Assembly: GCF_036588685.1 (NCBI RefSeq)
Contig: NC_086381.1
Coordinates: forward strand, 32,364,001 to 32,428,000
Reading direction: 5' to 3'
Length of the DNA stretch: 64,000 nt
Origin: Mytilus trossulus
Lineage: Eukaryota
The notes under the pieces are model-generated. The model had not been told where the DNA came from, ran no database searches, and saw only the letters and a list, made by a program, of their open reading frames with translations. Of this stretch, positions 15,701 through 27,415 are shown piece by piece. Numbering within the stretch: the first letter of the stretch is position 1; each line of letters begins with the position of its first letter. A program made the position numbers and the translations under genes.

Positions 15701-17294
15701 ACAAACAAAGAACGAAGGTGAAGAGTATTGTTTCGACATATCTTGTATAACGTTTAACCCTTCTAAAGATCGTAAGTAGGATAGAAATGAGATTCTAAAT
15801 TCACACCTGTGAGAAAATAATCACAATCTTATCAATAGATATAGTTTTAAAAGACACCTTGTCCATTGTAAACTATTGTTGAATTCATCATAGATATACT
15901 TAATATTTAATTTAAGAGTAAGAATGGGCAAAATTGTTACTAGCGCAATGTCAGGTACCCTATGAAAATTATATTACGGATAATTGGCTTTTTAATAATA
16001 ACCATCTCGATAAAGGCTGAGCTTTATACCTAAGTAAGGCTTCTGAATACGTGCATGTTAGTACTTTCATTTCTTCAACCCTTTCATGTTGTTTTGCAGA
16101 CATTATTTTTAGTTGTCCGAACCAGTTTGCATATATTAACATAATAATAATGAAAGATGTGGTATGATTTCTTATAATAAAACTCTCCACCATGGAACAA
16201 TGGAATTGAATTAACAATGATAGGTCATCGTACGGGCTTCAATATTAAGCGAAATCATCTGAAATACCAACGTTACCCCTTGACAGTTGCGTTCTCTGTC
16301 ATTGAATGGGTTCCTGGCCTGATTTGATGATATCAAGCTAGTAAGTTAAGTTTAATTATCAAGTGACAATCGTCTTTAAATATGTCAGAATGTTGTTTTC
16401 TTAGCTGTTGAAACGAATTAACTGTAGGCCAAACACCTTTTATTGTGCACTGCTGTTTTATAATTATATTTTGGAAGAATAATGAGGTTTTGATTTTGCC
16501 ATTTGAACAGGGACCTTCAATTTAGATTTTTTTCTTGGGAGTTCCGTATTTTTTATATTTAATTCTTACACATAACGACAAAGAAAGTTCAAACGTATCA
16601 TATTTTTAATCGTTAAAACAAAGTAGTACCTACTTCATATATCTTGATAGATGGGTATGATAGCTTCATTTTATAAACTTCTTGTCCATTCTCTCCATAA
16701 TGAGCTGTTATATATGGTATCTCCCTCACACCTGATACTACAAACAAATTAGATAATGATTTGACAAGCCGAGGTTTGACAGAATTTAGAAATGTTTTAT
16801 CTGAGACAATGGTATGAATACTTTTGACCAGACGTTTCAAGAAAAATATAGTCTAAGATTCAAACCAACATATTATTTCAAACAAAATAAAAGACATTAT
16901 TCTATAATTCATCGCTTTAGAATTTAGACTATCTGTAAAATTATTGTTTTTTCGGCTATGCCGCTTGTGTGCAAAATTTCCTTCAGTATAACGTGGCTAG
17001 ATTCCAAAATGTTCACCTGATAAGTTACAGCTATGTAATTTTCTTCGGTTTTATCGGGAATTGAATTTAGTAAATAGTAAATGAAATACAATTAGAGTCA
17101 GAAAACAACTTCTGAAACTCAATAGATGTAAATATAAAACCATGCGACGGACACTTAAATTTTTTTATTCACCCTAGGCTAAGCCCTATTCTGTATATAC
17201 ATGATTATGCTGGGCTTGAAATAAAAATTATGTATTATTAGAAATTCTTACCTGCAACAGGTAGAACAAAAAGCCACATAGCGAATTTATTCAT
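6717..17294 (-). CDS. Secreted PHM-like copper type II ascorbate-dependent monooxygenase, paralog A (13 exons, 345 aa)
   Basis: Exons 17294-17252, 16737-16634, 14292-14235, 13709-13616, 12877-12774, 12148-12071, 11418-11370, 10887-10820, 10133-10053, 9740-9661, 8253-8200, 7751-7702, 6891-6717. All introns GT-AG, phases compatible, 1038 nt, no internal stop. Signal peptide MNKFAMWLFVLPVAVSG, then PDQYFC, YVHHAALSFC, FEMH, AFAVQLHTHHYG, YRVRNGTWTL, GDVLAAKC, EMCN. These align with rat PHM DTYFC, TVHHMLLFGC, LQVH, FAYRVHTHHLG, YRVRNGQWTL, GDILAARC, EMCN. AATAAA on the minus strand at 6615-6620. Confidence 0.92.
8400..8565. repeat. Representative copy of the abundant AAGAAGATGTGGTATGATTGCCAATGAGACAAC interspersed repeat
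   Basis: Related copies near 1720-1990, 7890-8080, 10365, 12325-12620, 26010, 31375, 33185, 38100, 44520, 45060, 53150 and 53608. Confidence 0.8.
13225..13450 (+). mobile_element. SINE body fragment (conserved central-domain type) in a PHM-like A intron
   Basis: GTCCGTCGGAAGGGGACGATAAATGG..GCACGTTTAAGACACCC..GAAAAGAACAGG resembles Deu/Meta-type SINE cores; no tRNA head visible. Confidence 0.4.
14384..14936. mobile_element. Non-autonomous TTAA-targeting DNA transposon (Kolobok-like) in a PHM-like A intron
   Basis: TTAA on both sides; imperfect TIRs GGTGGCTCGTGGGTACAAA and TTTATACCCAGGAGCCCCC. Confidence 0.65.
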
Positions 17295-18548
17295 ATTTAG
17301 ATAGTCTGACCAAACGTTCAGTTTAACCAATATGAAATGTTTGAAAAATATTGTTTTCTTTAATACGTTCTGGAAAATGAGTTTCGAGAAATGCGCATCC
17401 TTTTTTTTGATACGCAAAAACTGAAAACAATACAGGACACGAATTAAATCATTGTTTACCTTAGATACAAATGTGATAAAAATAGAACATGAAAACGAGA
17501 ACATCAACAATAAACAAATTCATCAATGTCAAACTTACGAAATAAGTTACGACTACGATAGCATGTTGTTAGGGGAGACTCTGTTGTATTAGAAAATATG
17601 ATAGCTCTCACGTTATAGTTTCTAATTCTGGTATACATGATATATAATCGTTTCGGTTCAATTAATATTTTAGAAACAATATATTAAAGATTTCAATAAG
17701 AAAAAAAACCCTTCAGACATAGATTGGGATTAGAACTATTTATGTTCGATATTACATATCGAGCACCTTTTAATTTGCAATATTGTTTTCGGCTAAATTG
17801 TAGCACCCAAGTCTGAATTGATCACAGCTTAATGAGCACAAAATATAAGAAACAAATTAAACACTAAACAAAAACTGTGTGTTGAAATGTCACGAATACA
17901 ATAAAAGTACTTTACCCAAATCATCGACTAACTACATAGCTTTATTTATGTTCATATACAGTATTTTCGAATAATAAAAAAAAGATGACAATGCTGTCCT
18001 GAACTAGATACTAGTTTTGGTAGGCCTTATACATACTGTTTTGCAGATACAAAAAGTTATTGCGATGAAAACGGCAGTTGGAGCTATAGCTATCTGTACC
18101 ATGTTATATTGGACAAAATACAAAAGCGGGAAACTACATGCTCAGGCGAAATAACCTTTAGACTTTTAAATACAGTTGTCAAAAAGTATTATTATCACAT
18201 GTCTTAAAATGTTAGATTAATTATCATACTTAAGAACATTGTCCGGTAACTAGGATGTCGGTTGTTGTCAACAACAGTAAAAAGGGAAGTCGTTTATGAT
18301 TGTAAACAAAAACAACACCAAGCAATAAATCAAAGCTTTACTATTTCGTAGAACCATACGATTAAAATTTCACAGAAATACTTAAACACCTTATGTGTAA
18401 TTTATCATCATGTTTATATCCGTATTTTTTCGGTCGAAACTTTGTATATATAGGTATAAACTTTACCATTATTGTTCATAATCAACATATCAAGACAAAC
18501 AGTGTATTGTGACTGATTTAACATTGCTTTTTCTCTACTGTCTCTACT
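17295..18548. promoter_or_regulatory. Divergent (head-to-head) intergenic region shared by PHM-like A and the prepropeptide gene
   Basis: ATG at 17294 (-) and ATG at 18549 (+) point away from each other about 1.25 kb apart; TATAAA at 18455 for the + gene. Confidence 0.55.
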
Positions 18549-21500
18549 ATGTCTACCATGAATTCCAGATCACTACTTCGTTTTTGTTCCATTCTAATTT
18601 GTAAGTATATTTTGACTGTCTTTTTCCATGATTACTAATAAAAATAGAAAAAATACAAATTAAAAGAAAAAATAATAATAAAAAAAATGTTTATGTTATC
18701 TAAAATACTCTGAAAGTTTATTTTTTATTTTTATATCAGTTACTCTCTTTTACTAATACAATTTTTTCTATGTCATATATTTTACTGTTTTACAAATTTC
18801 TACTGATCCTTTCTTGCAAATCCTTATGATGATAATACTTTTCCAATTAACGAAGTTGTACCACACAGCGTATTCCGTTTCGATATTTGTGGAAGGATCC
18901 AAATCCAACGGAGCTTTAAAAGTTTGTAAGAGTGGGTATTCTAAATCTTTAACATTACCCCGTAACGTAACTCCTCCGTTAGAATCGTATCCAGCTTTTA
19001 AGTAACCATCGTTACAAACTTTTGATTGATTGATCTTAGGGGTAGGGATATAGAAACACCCAGTGAGCTATCTCAGTGTAACTGTTACATTTCAAACGGT
19101 AATGTTAAATAATTGTATAGGTCTTTCTGTAAACGCACACAATTGCCTGTCACTGCTTTATGCATTTAGCTACAACACCTCGTTATTGTGTATAATTATA
19201 TATAAGGATTTATATTTCTTTGCTTAATATTGCCATTGTAGTAGCAAGTATTCATGGTCACCTCTTTTAGAAGTCTATCTTTTAAAAAACTGAAAACAAA
19301 TCTAATTAGGTCCTATTTTGTAACTAAATTAAAACAAAACGAAGATGTGTTATGACCGATAATAAAGCAACATTCAACAAGAAACTAACAATGAGTAGAG
19401 TAAATACCTTTTTCGTGAACTCACTTATGATCCCTGACTTTTTATAGGTTAGACAATACTTGGTCATGTTTTATGAAGATCCAGACCAAGGCGAAGCCAA
19501 GGGCTTAAATCTTCATAAAACATGACCACGTATTGTCTGACCAATTTAGAACATATTCACACTTTCGAGTGACCTTTCACAATTATACTTTCCCATTGTA
19601 ATAGTCAAACGTAAATAAGAGTTCACTTTTTATAATGAATTAAATGTAAAACATAGGTACTGATCATTTCTATGGATGAAATGAAATAGCACTCGTTTTA
19701 CTTCTGCTTCAGGTGAAATTTAATACTTATATATATTTATATTTTTTTATTTTAAAAAACAACACAATGTTATATGAATCCCCTTTTTATTTTTTTTATT
19801 TTTTTATAAATATAAAACTCTCTTTGTGAATTTTTGAATTCAGACCATTCAACATTAAATCCTTACTTTTTATTGATAAATTTAAATGTATTATGTTTCT
19901 CCGATAACAATCCTTTGCTTTATATATCAGCAGTCTAGCATTGTGTTTTTTTTTTAATGTAAGGTATATAAATTAAATAAATATCATTTTATTTATCCTT
20001 ACCATTTTTTTTGTGTATTCTATATATGTGTACTATAAGAAAATGCATGAAATTTTCCAAAATTCAAAATATTTTTTATTTTAATCTTTGCTCTTTCATC
20101 TTTAATGGATTTGTAGACTATTTTCCCAATGATATTGCTTTAGGGGATTGTAACCTTCGTTAGTGCAGTTCATAATTAACTGACAATGAAAAGTCATACA
20201 TGTATAACATTTCATAGTGCATAGAAAACCATGTACTATGAAAATTAGAGAAAAAAAAAACCCTGACTTTTCATTGGACGAGAAGGGATGAGTATGTTCT
20301 AATAAATGATAATGTTTGGGCGTTTCCAAATAAGAGTTCTCAAGACAAAACGGTAAAAACGAACAAAATTATAAAACGATTATTTCATTTAGTAGCACTG
20401 GTACTGGTGCGGCATCGGTTTCTTTTCAAAATATTAAGAAATCATCTATAAACTAAGGTCAATTTCCATCAGGCAAGCATGGCCGTATTTCAATTTCTAT
20501 CCTTTTTTTGGTCATATAGCTCAAAACAATTTACGAATATATGCATTCCTGGCGTATAAATGTTTAGGTTTAGGCGTTCCTAATTAGAAAAATCGACAAA
20601 ACTCTTTTTCTTTTATAAAATTAGTACTTTTTAATTTTTTTAAGATAACTCATACATACATATCATATGTATAAATATAACAGCAATTTAAGATTTGGAC
20701 TCAAAGTTTGAAATGGAAGTTTCGTACTTGAATTTATATATTAGGGACATATTCTGAATAGTTCTTGTTCATCATTATTTTAACCGTTATTGTAATCTTC
20801 TATTTTTTCAATCAGATAACAGATAATTGAATGTTTAAGTTATTAACCAGTACACAGTCTTTTTAGTAATGACTAATATTTCCAAATATGGATCTGCAAA
20901 CTTTAATTAAACATTTTTTTTTTAAAGTTTACCATAGCATGTGACGGTATATTCATACTAAATATTTACAACATTTATTATCAGGCTATATTTTTTTCAG
21001 TTGTTATACTTGCTGTTAACTCTGTTCCCCTGAGTTCAGAATATGATTTAAGGGAAAAGAGAGAAGCTGTTCCGTCCGTTAAAGCCGTTAACGTAGATTT
21101 GGAAGATGGTTTGAGAAAGAAACGTGAAGCTGTACCGTCTGTCAAAGCCGTCAACGTCGACTTAGAAGATGGTTTGAGAAAGAAACGTGAAGCTGTACCG
21201 TCAGTCAAAGCCGTCAATGTAGACTTAGAGGATGGTTTGAGAAAGAAACGTGAAGCTGTACCGTCTGTCAAAGCCGTCAACGTCGACTTAGAAGATGGTT
21301 TGAGAAAGAAACGTGAAGCTGTACCGTCAGTCAAAGCCGTCAATGTAGACTTAGAAGATGGTTTGAGAAAGAAACGTGAAGCTGTACCGTCTGTCAAAGC
21401 CGTCAACGTCGACTTAGAAGATGGTTTGAGAAAGAAACGTGAAGCTGTACCGTCAGTCAAAGCCGTCAATGTAGACTTAGAAGATGGTTTGAGAAAGAAA

Positions 21501-22124
21501 CGTGAAGCTGTACCATCTGTCAAAGCCGTCAACGTCGACTTAGAAGATGGTTTGAGAAAGAAACGTGAAGCTGTACCGTCAGTCAAAGCCGTCAATGTAG
21601 ACTTAGAAGATGGTTTGAGAAAGAAACGTGAAGCTGTACCGTCAGTCAAAGCCATCAACGTCGATTTAGAAGATGGTTTGAGAAAGAAACGTGAAGCTGT
21701 ACCATCTGTCAAAGCCGTCAACGTCGATTTAGAAGATGGTTTGAGAAAGAAACGTGAAGCTGTACCGTCTGTCAAAGCCGTCAACGTCGATTTAGAAGAT
21801 GGTTTGAGAAAGAAACGTGAAGCTGTACCGTCAGTCAAAGCCGTCAACGTTGATTTAGAAGATGGTTTGAGAAAGAAACGTGAAGCTGTACCGTCAGTCA
21901 AAGCCGTCAACGTTGATTTAGAAGATGGTTTGAGAAAGAAACGTGAAGCTGTACCGTCAGTCAAAGCCGTCAACGTCGATTTAGAAGATGGTTTGAGAAA
22001 GAAACGTGAAGCTGTACCGTCAGTCAAAGCCGTCAATGTCGATTTAGAAGATGGTTTGAGAAAGAAACGTGAAGCTGTACCGTCAGTCAAAGCCGTTAAT
22101 GTCGATTTAGAAGATGGTTTGTGA
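18549..22124 (+). CDS. Secreted multi-copy prepropeptide (2 exons, 391 aa): signal peptide plus 17 x EAVPSVKAVNVDLEDGL separated by R-K/E-K-R convertase sites
   Basis: Exon 1 18549-18600 (ATG to phase-1 donor GTAAGT at 18601), 2400-bp intron, acceptor TTTTTTTCAG ending at 21000, exon 2 21001-22124 in frame with the 63-bp repeat ORF. Spliced N-terminus MSTMNSRSLLRFCSILIFVILAVNS-VPLSSEYDLREKR-EAVPSV... TATAAA at 18455-18460; AATAAA at about 22439 and 22464. Confidence 0.88.
19447..19542. repeat. Inverted-repeat hairpin in the prepropeptide intron
   Basis: 34-bp arms GGTTAGACAATACTTGGTCATGTTTTATGAAGAT and ATCTTCATAAAACATGACCACGTATTGTCTGACC around GGCGAAGCC. Confidence 0.65.
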
Positions 22125-23770
22125 AAAAAGCGTGAAGCCGAAATATTTTAATCGTCTAGTGCGGAATGTGAACAAATGAGCGTACATGAAGCTTTGTAAT
22201 ACAGACATGATTATGTATATAAATGTACGTATACGTTTCAATACTTGTGGTCTCGTTTATTTTATTTATTCATTACGACAGCATGCGTTTGTTTTCGTAA
22301 TATATTGTCTTCATTTTGATTTGTTGATTGTCTTTGTTTTGTAAAAGATTGCTTGTTATATAAAAATTATATTCTTTGTTTTTTGTATATTTATCTATTA
22401 TAAAAGTCAACCATAAGAGTTCATTGAAAAAAAAATCAAATAAAATCACGCTAAGAAAGTTTTAATAAATTTGTTATCTACGTGTATATTACTAAAATAA
22501 AGAGGTCCAATTTGTCAGCCGGTATGACTTTATAAACGACGAAACAAATAATTCAACTTTTCATATACCTTATATAGGACAATGGCGTTGGATAAACATA
22601 ACATCATTCCAGGCCTTTTTGTTTTACAAATAAATAATATTTTAAACAACTGACAAGTTCCGGGGAGATGGTTTCATACATAATAATTCTGAAAGCAGGG
22701 AAAACTGAACACCTTATAAAAAGCATTAATTTATCAGATGACAATACGAATACTAAAAGCACAGGCTAGAAATAAGGCATTGGTACTTTGATTCAGTAAC
22801 TGACCTGCGAGGTCGAGGGAATGTGCTAGTACTTTCTATATATTCAAATAAAATAAGGAAAAAATACTATTATATAAGAATAACCGAGATATGGGATGTT
22901 TTGTCCCTATTTTTTCAACAAGTAAATTTGAGGAATTTTTTCGTAAACAGTTAAACTTTGTTATCATTGTCTAATCATTCTTTGAATAAGACCAAGCCCA
23001 TTATACTTATCACCGGGGTTATATTTAAATGAGCAACACGACGGATGTCACAAATGGAACACAATCTCCTTTCCCTACCGAAGCACATAAAATGACCCCG
23101 GTTTTTGTCGGGGTTCATGTTTTGTATACCTTTTCTTTCTTTACCAGTGCATTGTCAGTTTATCTACGACTTACAAGTTTAAACGACCCTTTTAGTATTC
23201 TTTAATCACAAAAATAGATATTTATAAAAAAAAAAAAAGGGGTCATATCAGATTTACTCAAGCAGACGGATATTAACTCTATACTCCATCACTTATAATT
23301 TCTGTATCTAATTTCTTCACGAAAATCAAATGCTGATCTTAAACCATGATAAGATGCCACGATTAGGTGAAGTTGGCCTCACACGTGTATGTTGTTGTCA
23401 AATGATATTATCATTCAGATGCAGAAAACCTATTTCTCACAAAAGCTGAAAAACAAATCTTGTTTTCAAAAAAGTTATATTCCAGTCATTTTCTCATTTG
23501 CACTACATTTTTAGACACAGAATACAGACATGTACAAGATATAAACTTATAACTAAACGTTCCTAGCTGCATGCCACCACCCATACCCTTTAAATATAAA
23601 GATTTGTACAGAAGGTTCACACAAGAGTCTATTGCCTTCGAACTATCATCGCAATTTGCTTGATTAAAATTGAGTATAATTGACAGGGAAAAAAAGAAAT
23701 GGAGATAAAAATGTAGGAAAGATGGAAGTAACTGTCAATACAATCATCATAGATACCAGGACTAGTATAT

Positions 23771-23814
23771 ACGCCAGACGCGCGTTTCGTCTTCAAAAGA
23801 CTCATCAGTGACGC
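23771..23814 (-). ncRNA. Minimal type I hammerhead ribozyme, second family
   Basis: Minus strand reads GCGUCA CUGAUGA GUC-UUUUGAA-GAC GAAA CGCGCG UC UGGCGU. Degenerate copies at 15633-15676 (CUGAUGC) and 37953-37996 (CUUAUAA). Confidence 0.85.
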
Positions 23815-24079
23815 TCGAATCCCAAAAAGTTAAAAACGCCAAATAAAGTACAAAGTTGAAGAGCAATTGAGGACCAAAATTCGCACAAGTTTTGCAAAAT
23901 ACAGCTTAGGTATTTACAGATGTTTTGCTTACAGAAATGAGAACATCTTATTTAAAGAAAAAAGATTTGCAATTTATTGCGAAATAACAGTTAGACCTGT
24001 TCTAAGGAATACATTAAATCATATGCTAATTAAAGCAACTCTATTAATTTAACATTACATACAAGTAAATAAACTGACT

Positions 24080-24910
24080 ATAGTCTAGTCTATTCGTGCA
24101 GATTTTTTACAAAATTGCCTTGATTGTGGTAGAAGCATGACTTTTGGCATTATAGTAGTATATATCATGGACAACATTTTAAGCTATGGACCTAACCTGA
24201 AAATCGAAAATGGCGGAAGAAGCGGCCATTTTAAAACGGCGGCCGTTTGATCTCAATAGATTAATAATAAAATATAATATGAAATGATATTAGAGAAGAT
24301 ATTGACATGAATTTTGGTTAATAGAATAACAGTGTGAATCCAATTGTCTTGTAGAACAAAGTTTTTGGGAATATTACCTATATTGAATGGCGGCCATCTT
24401 GAGAATGATTTTTTTACATAGAATAACAAATATACGTACAAATAAAGCAAGAACATATTTTTATACTTGTCGTTTATAATAGTTGGCTAATTACTGGATA
24501 ATTCGTTTTGTTGATATTGTTCATTTGAGACAACTTTCAAAAACCTTGATTGCAGACATAATACATTTTATATCATACAAGTAATATTATAAGATAATCA
24601 ACTGCTCAAATCTTCACAATTGACGTTTACATTATCTCACAGTAAATGAAATATACATGTTTTGTCAAACCACACTCTGTTTATCATATTCTATCACATT
24701 GTCCTCCACATTAACATAGAGTAGTACAACTTAATACTGCCTTTACACATTTGCATTTCTTTAGTATCCATGTTCACTTTAACTTATAAGTTAAGCGCTT
24801 GCTTCAGGAAATTATTATATAGTCATATGGTATATTCATCACAAATGATAAGGACATATATATTGATTTTTAGGTTGCCATTTTGAATGATGGCCATTTT
24901 GAAAGCACGA
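24080..24910 (-). mobile_element. DNA transposon relic with C-terminal Cys-rich zinc-finger remnant (Academ-like)
   Basis: Minus strand 24684-24810 reads PEASA..KCKCVKAVLSCTTLC*CGGQC; repeated AAAATGGCGGC-type subterminal motifs; TAG-starting end. Confidence 0.45.
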
Positions 24911-26816
24911 ATATCCAATATTTCATTATTCGTTAATCTAATAATTCACTGTTTGCATTCGTAGTTTTTTTTACTAATTTATATTAGATATTCACAAAGA
25001 GGTCAGATAAGGCATGCACATGTTTACAAAATTAAGATATCAGTATCAACATTTCTGTTACTTACACGTTTGCTTAAGTTACTTTTTAAAACAGAAATGA
25101 AGTATATATTATATATTTTATGACCGAAAATGTTTTTTTGGAAAAGGTGAAAATTGTCGATATCAGAAAAACGTAATGGGCAATAAGACTGGAAGGAATG
25201 TGTGAAACGGCAAAAGAGGACATGGAAGGGTTTGCAATGCCGACCAGATACACACAGAACAGTCATAGACATTTGCGCTGGCAATAAGGTCATGTTTTAA
25301 CTTTTTCTATTACTTGTACATGCTGATCCTTGGCATATTGGCAAGAGATTTACACCAAATTACAACTTGCAATTTGTCGTAACTGGACATTTTTTCTACG
25401 AAGTTGTACGCTTCAATAAAACATTTAATTGGAGTTTTCTACTCTCAAATGTTTACCAATAAGATGTTTGGTCGATATATGAATGGATAACAAATATCAT
25501 ATACAACAAAAAACGATAACCCCTCCAGGCTACAAAACATGTGAAAGTCATACTGTTTATGATAGAAGCAATTACCTGATCAGATACAAAATATATATAT
25601 CAACAAATAAAGGCAACAATAGTATACCGCTGTTCAAAACTCATAAATCCAGGGACAAAAAACAAAATCGGGGTAACAAACTAAAACCGAGGGAAACGCA
25701 TTAAATATAAGAGGAGAACAACGACCGAACACTGAAATGAACACACACAGAGGAGGACCAAGCACTAGACAAAATCCCACGAGAACAACAAATATCGACA
25801 AGTACCGTGACACGTCTTATCGCAATTTGAATTTTCACTCAAAAATAAGAGAAAACAAACGACGCAACGTCAAAATGTAAAACACACAGAAACGAATAAT
25901 AATATAACAATGAACACAGACAAAATTGTTCTATCATAATTATGATATTAGTTGATTACTCTCAACTATATTTGAAATCGTTTGTTTGTTGTTGTTCGAA
26001 TAATATATAAAAAGAAGATGTGACATAAGTGCTGAGGAGACAACTCACCAAAAGAGACGGCATAGTTATAAAAGGCCCCGAAATGACAATGAAAAAAATT
26101 TAAACGAGAAAACTGACAATTACCATGCATACATATTACTCATTGTCATGGTTTGGCTTAACATATGGTCATTTTTGGTTTTATCAGCTTTTAAACACTT
26201 GTTTTTGGTTATCTGACAATTGCAGATAACAGCAAGACAATAAAAATCAAAACTAAGGACATAAAGACTCATACAACCAAACCACATTTACATCAACAGT
26301 TATAAAAGATAAATAAGAATCAACATGAACTCCACTAAAAACCAGGAGTAAAATCAGGTGCTCCGGAAGGATAAGCATTTCCTGCACCGTATACGGCACC
26401 CGTCGTGTTATTTCTTTGGTATGTTCGGTAATGATGGAGGGTTATAATGACCGAGGAAGAATATCAGATATGATTGCTTTTCCTAGATTTTGATATTTCA
26501 GTTTTGCATTGTGTAGGACAAAAATCAATTAGTGTAGTCTATGTATAAGTTGAGATTTCGTTACATCAAATTGCGCAAAACCTCACAGGAGGGTTGATCT
26601 CTGCCAAGCATGCTTATCCCGATCACATTATTAATGTGCCTCCCAGTGATATCACACTACTGTAAATGAAACTACTTTAATAAACAGAATAAAAAGAAGC
26701 GTCACATTTGAGTGTCATTAAGTCACAAGACACATATTTGATAAAATGACGCAACGAAGGTCGTTAAATTTATGAGTCATTACGTCATTGGACACAGATT
26801 GTAGACAATATAGATC

Positions 26817-27415
26817 AACACAGACTTGAGAGTCATGATGTCAACACCGACTTGTGAGTCATGATGTCAACACCGACTTGTGAGTCATGATGTCAACACA
26901 GACTTGTGAGTCATGATGTCAACACAGACTCAGAGTCATGATGTCAACACAGACTCAGAGTCATGATGTCAACACAGACTTGAGAGTCATGATGTCAACA
27001 CAGACTTGAGAGTCATGATGTCAACACAGACTTGTGAGTCATGATGTCAACACAGACTTGTGAGTCATGATGTCAACACAGACTCAGAGTCATGATGTCA
27101 ACACAGACTCAGAGTCATGATGTCAACACAGACTTGAGAGTCATGATGTCAACACAGACTTGTGAGTCATGATGTCAACACAGACTTGTGAGTCATGATG
27201 TCAACACAGACTCAGAGTCATGATGTCAACACAGACTCAGAGTCATGATGTCAACACAGCCTTGAGAGTCATGATGTCAACACAGACTTGTGAGTCATGA
27301 TGTCAACACAGCCTTGAGAGTCATGATGTCAACACAGACTCAGAGTCATGATGTCAACACAGACGCAGAGTCATGATGTCAACACAGACTTGAGAGTCAT
27401 GATGTCAACACAGAC
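26817..27415. repeat. 25-26-bp minisatellite, about 23 copies
   Basis: ACACAGACT(TGA/TGT/CA)GAGTCATGATGTCA units. Confidence 0.95.

Noticed and set aside
20981-22090. 369-aa minus-strand repeat ORF (TDGTASRFFLKPSSKSTLTAL)n
   Set aside because: Antisense shadow of the prepropeptide that shares its third codon positions; it lacks an ATG start and signal peptide, whereas the + frame has a spliced signal peptide and convertase sites.
21060-22124. CRISPR-like or non-coding satellite reading of the 63-bp array
   Set aside because: No unique spacers, eukaryotic context, and a coherent coding interpretation.
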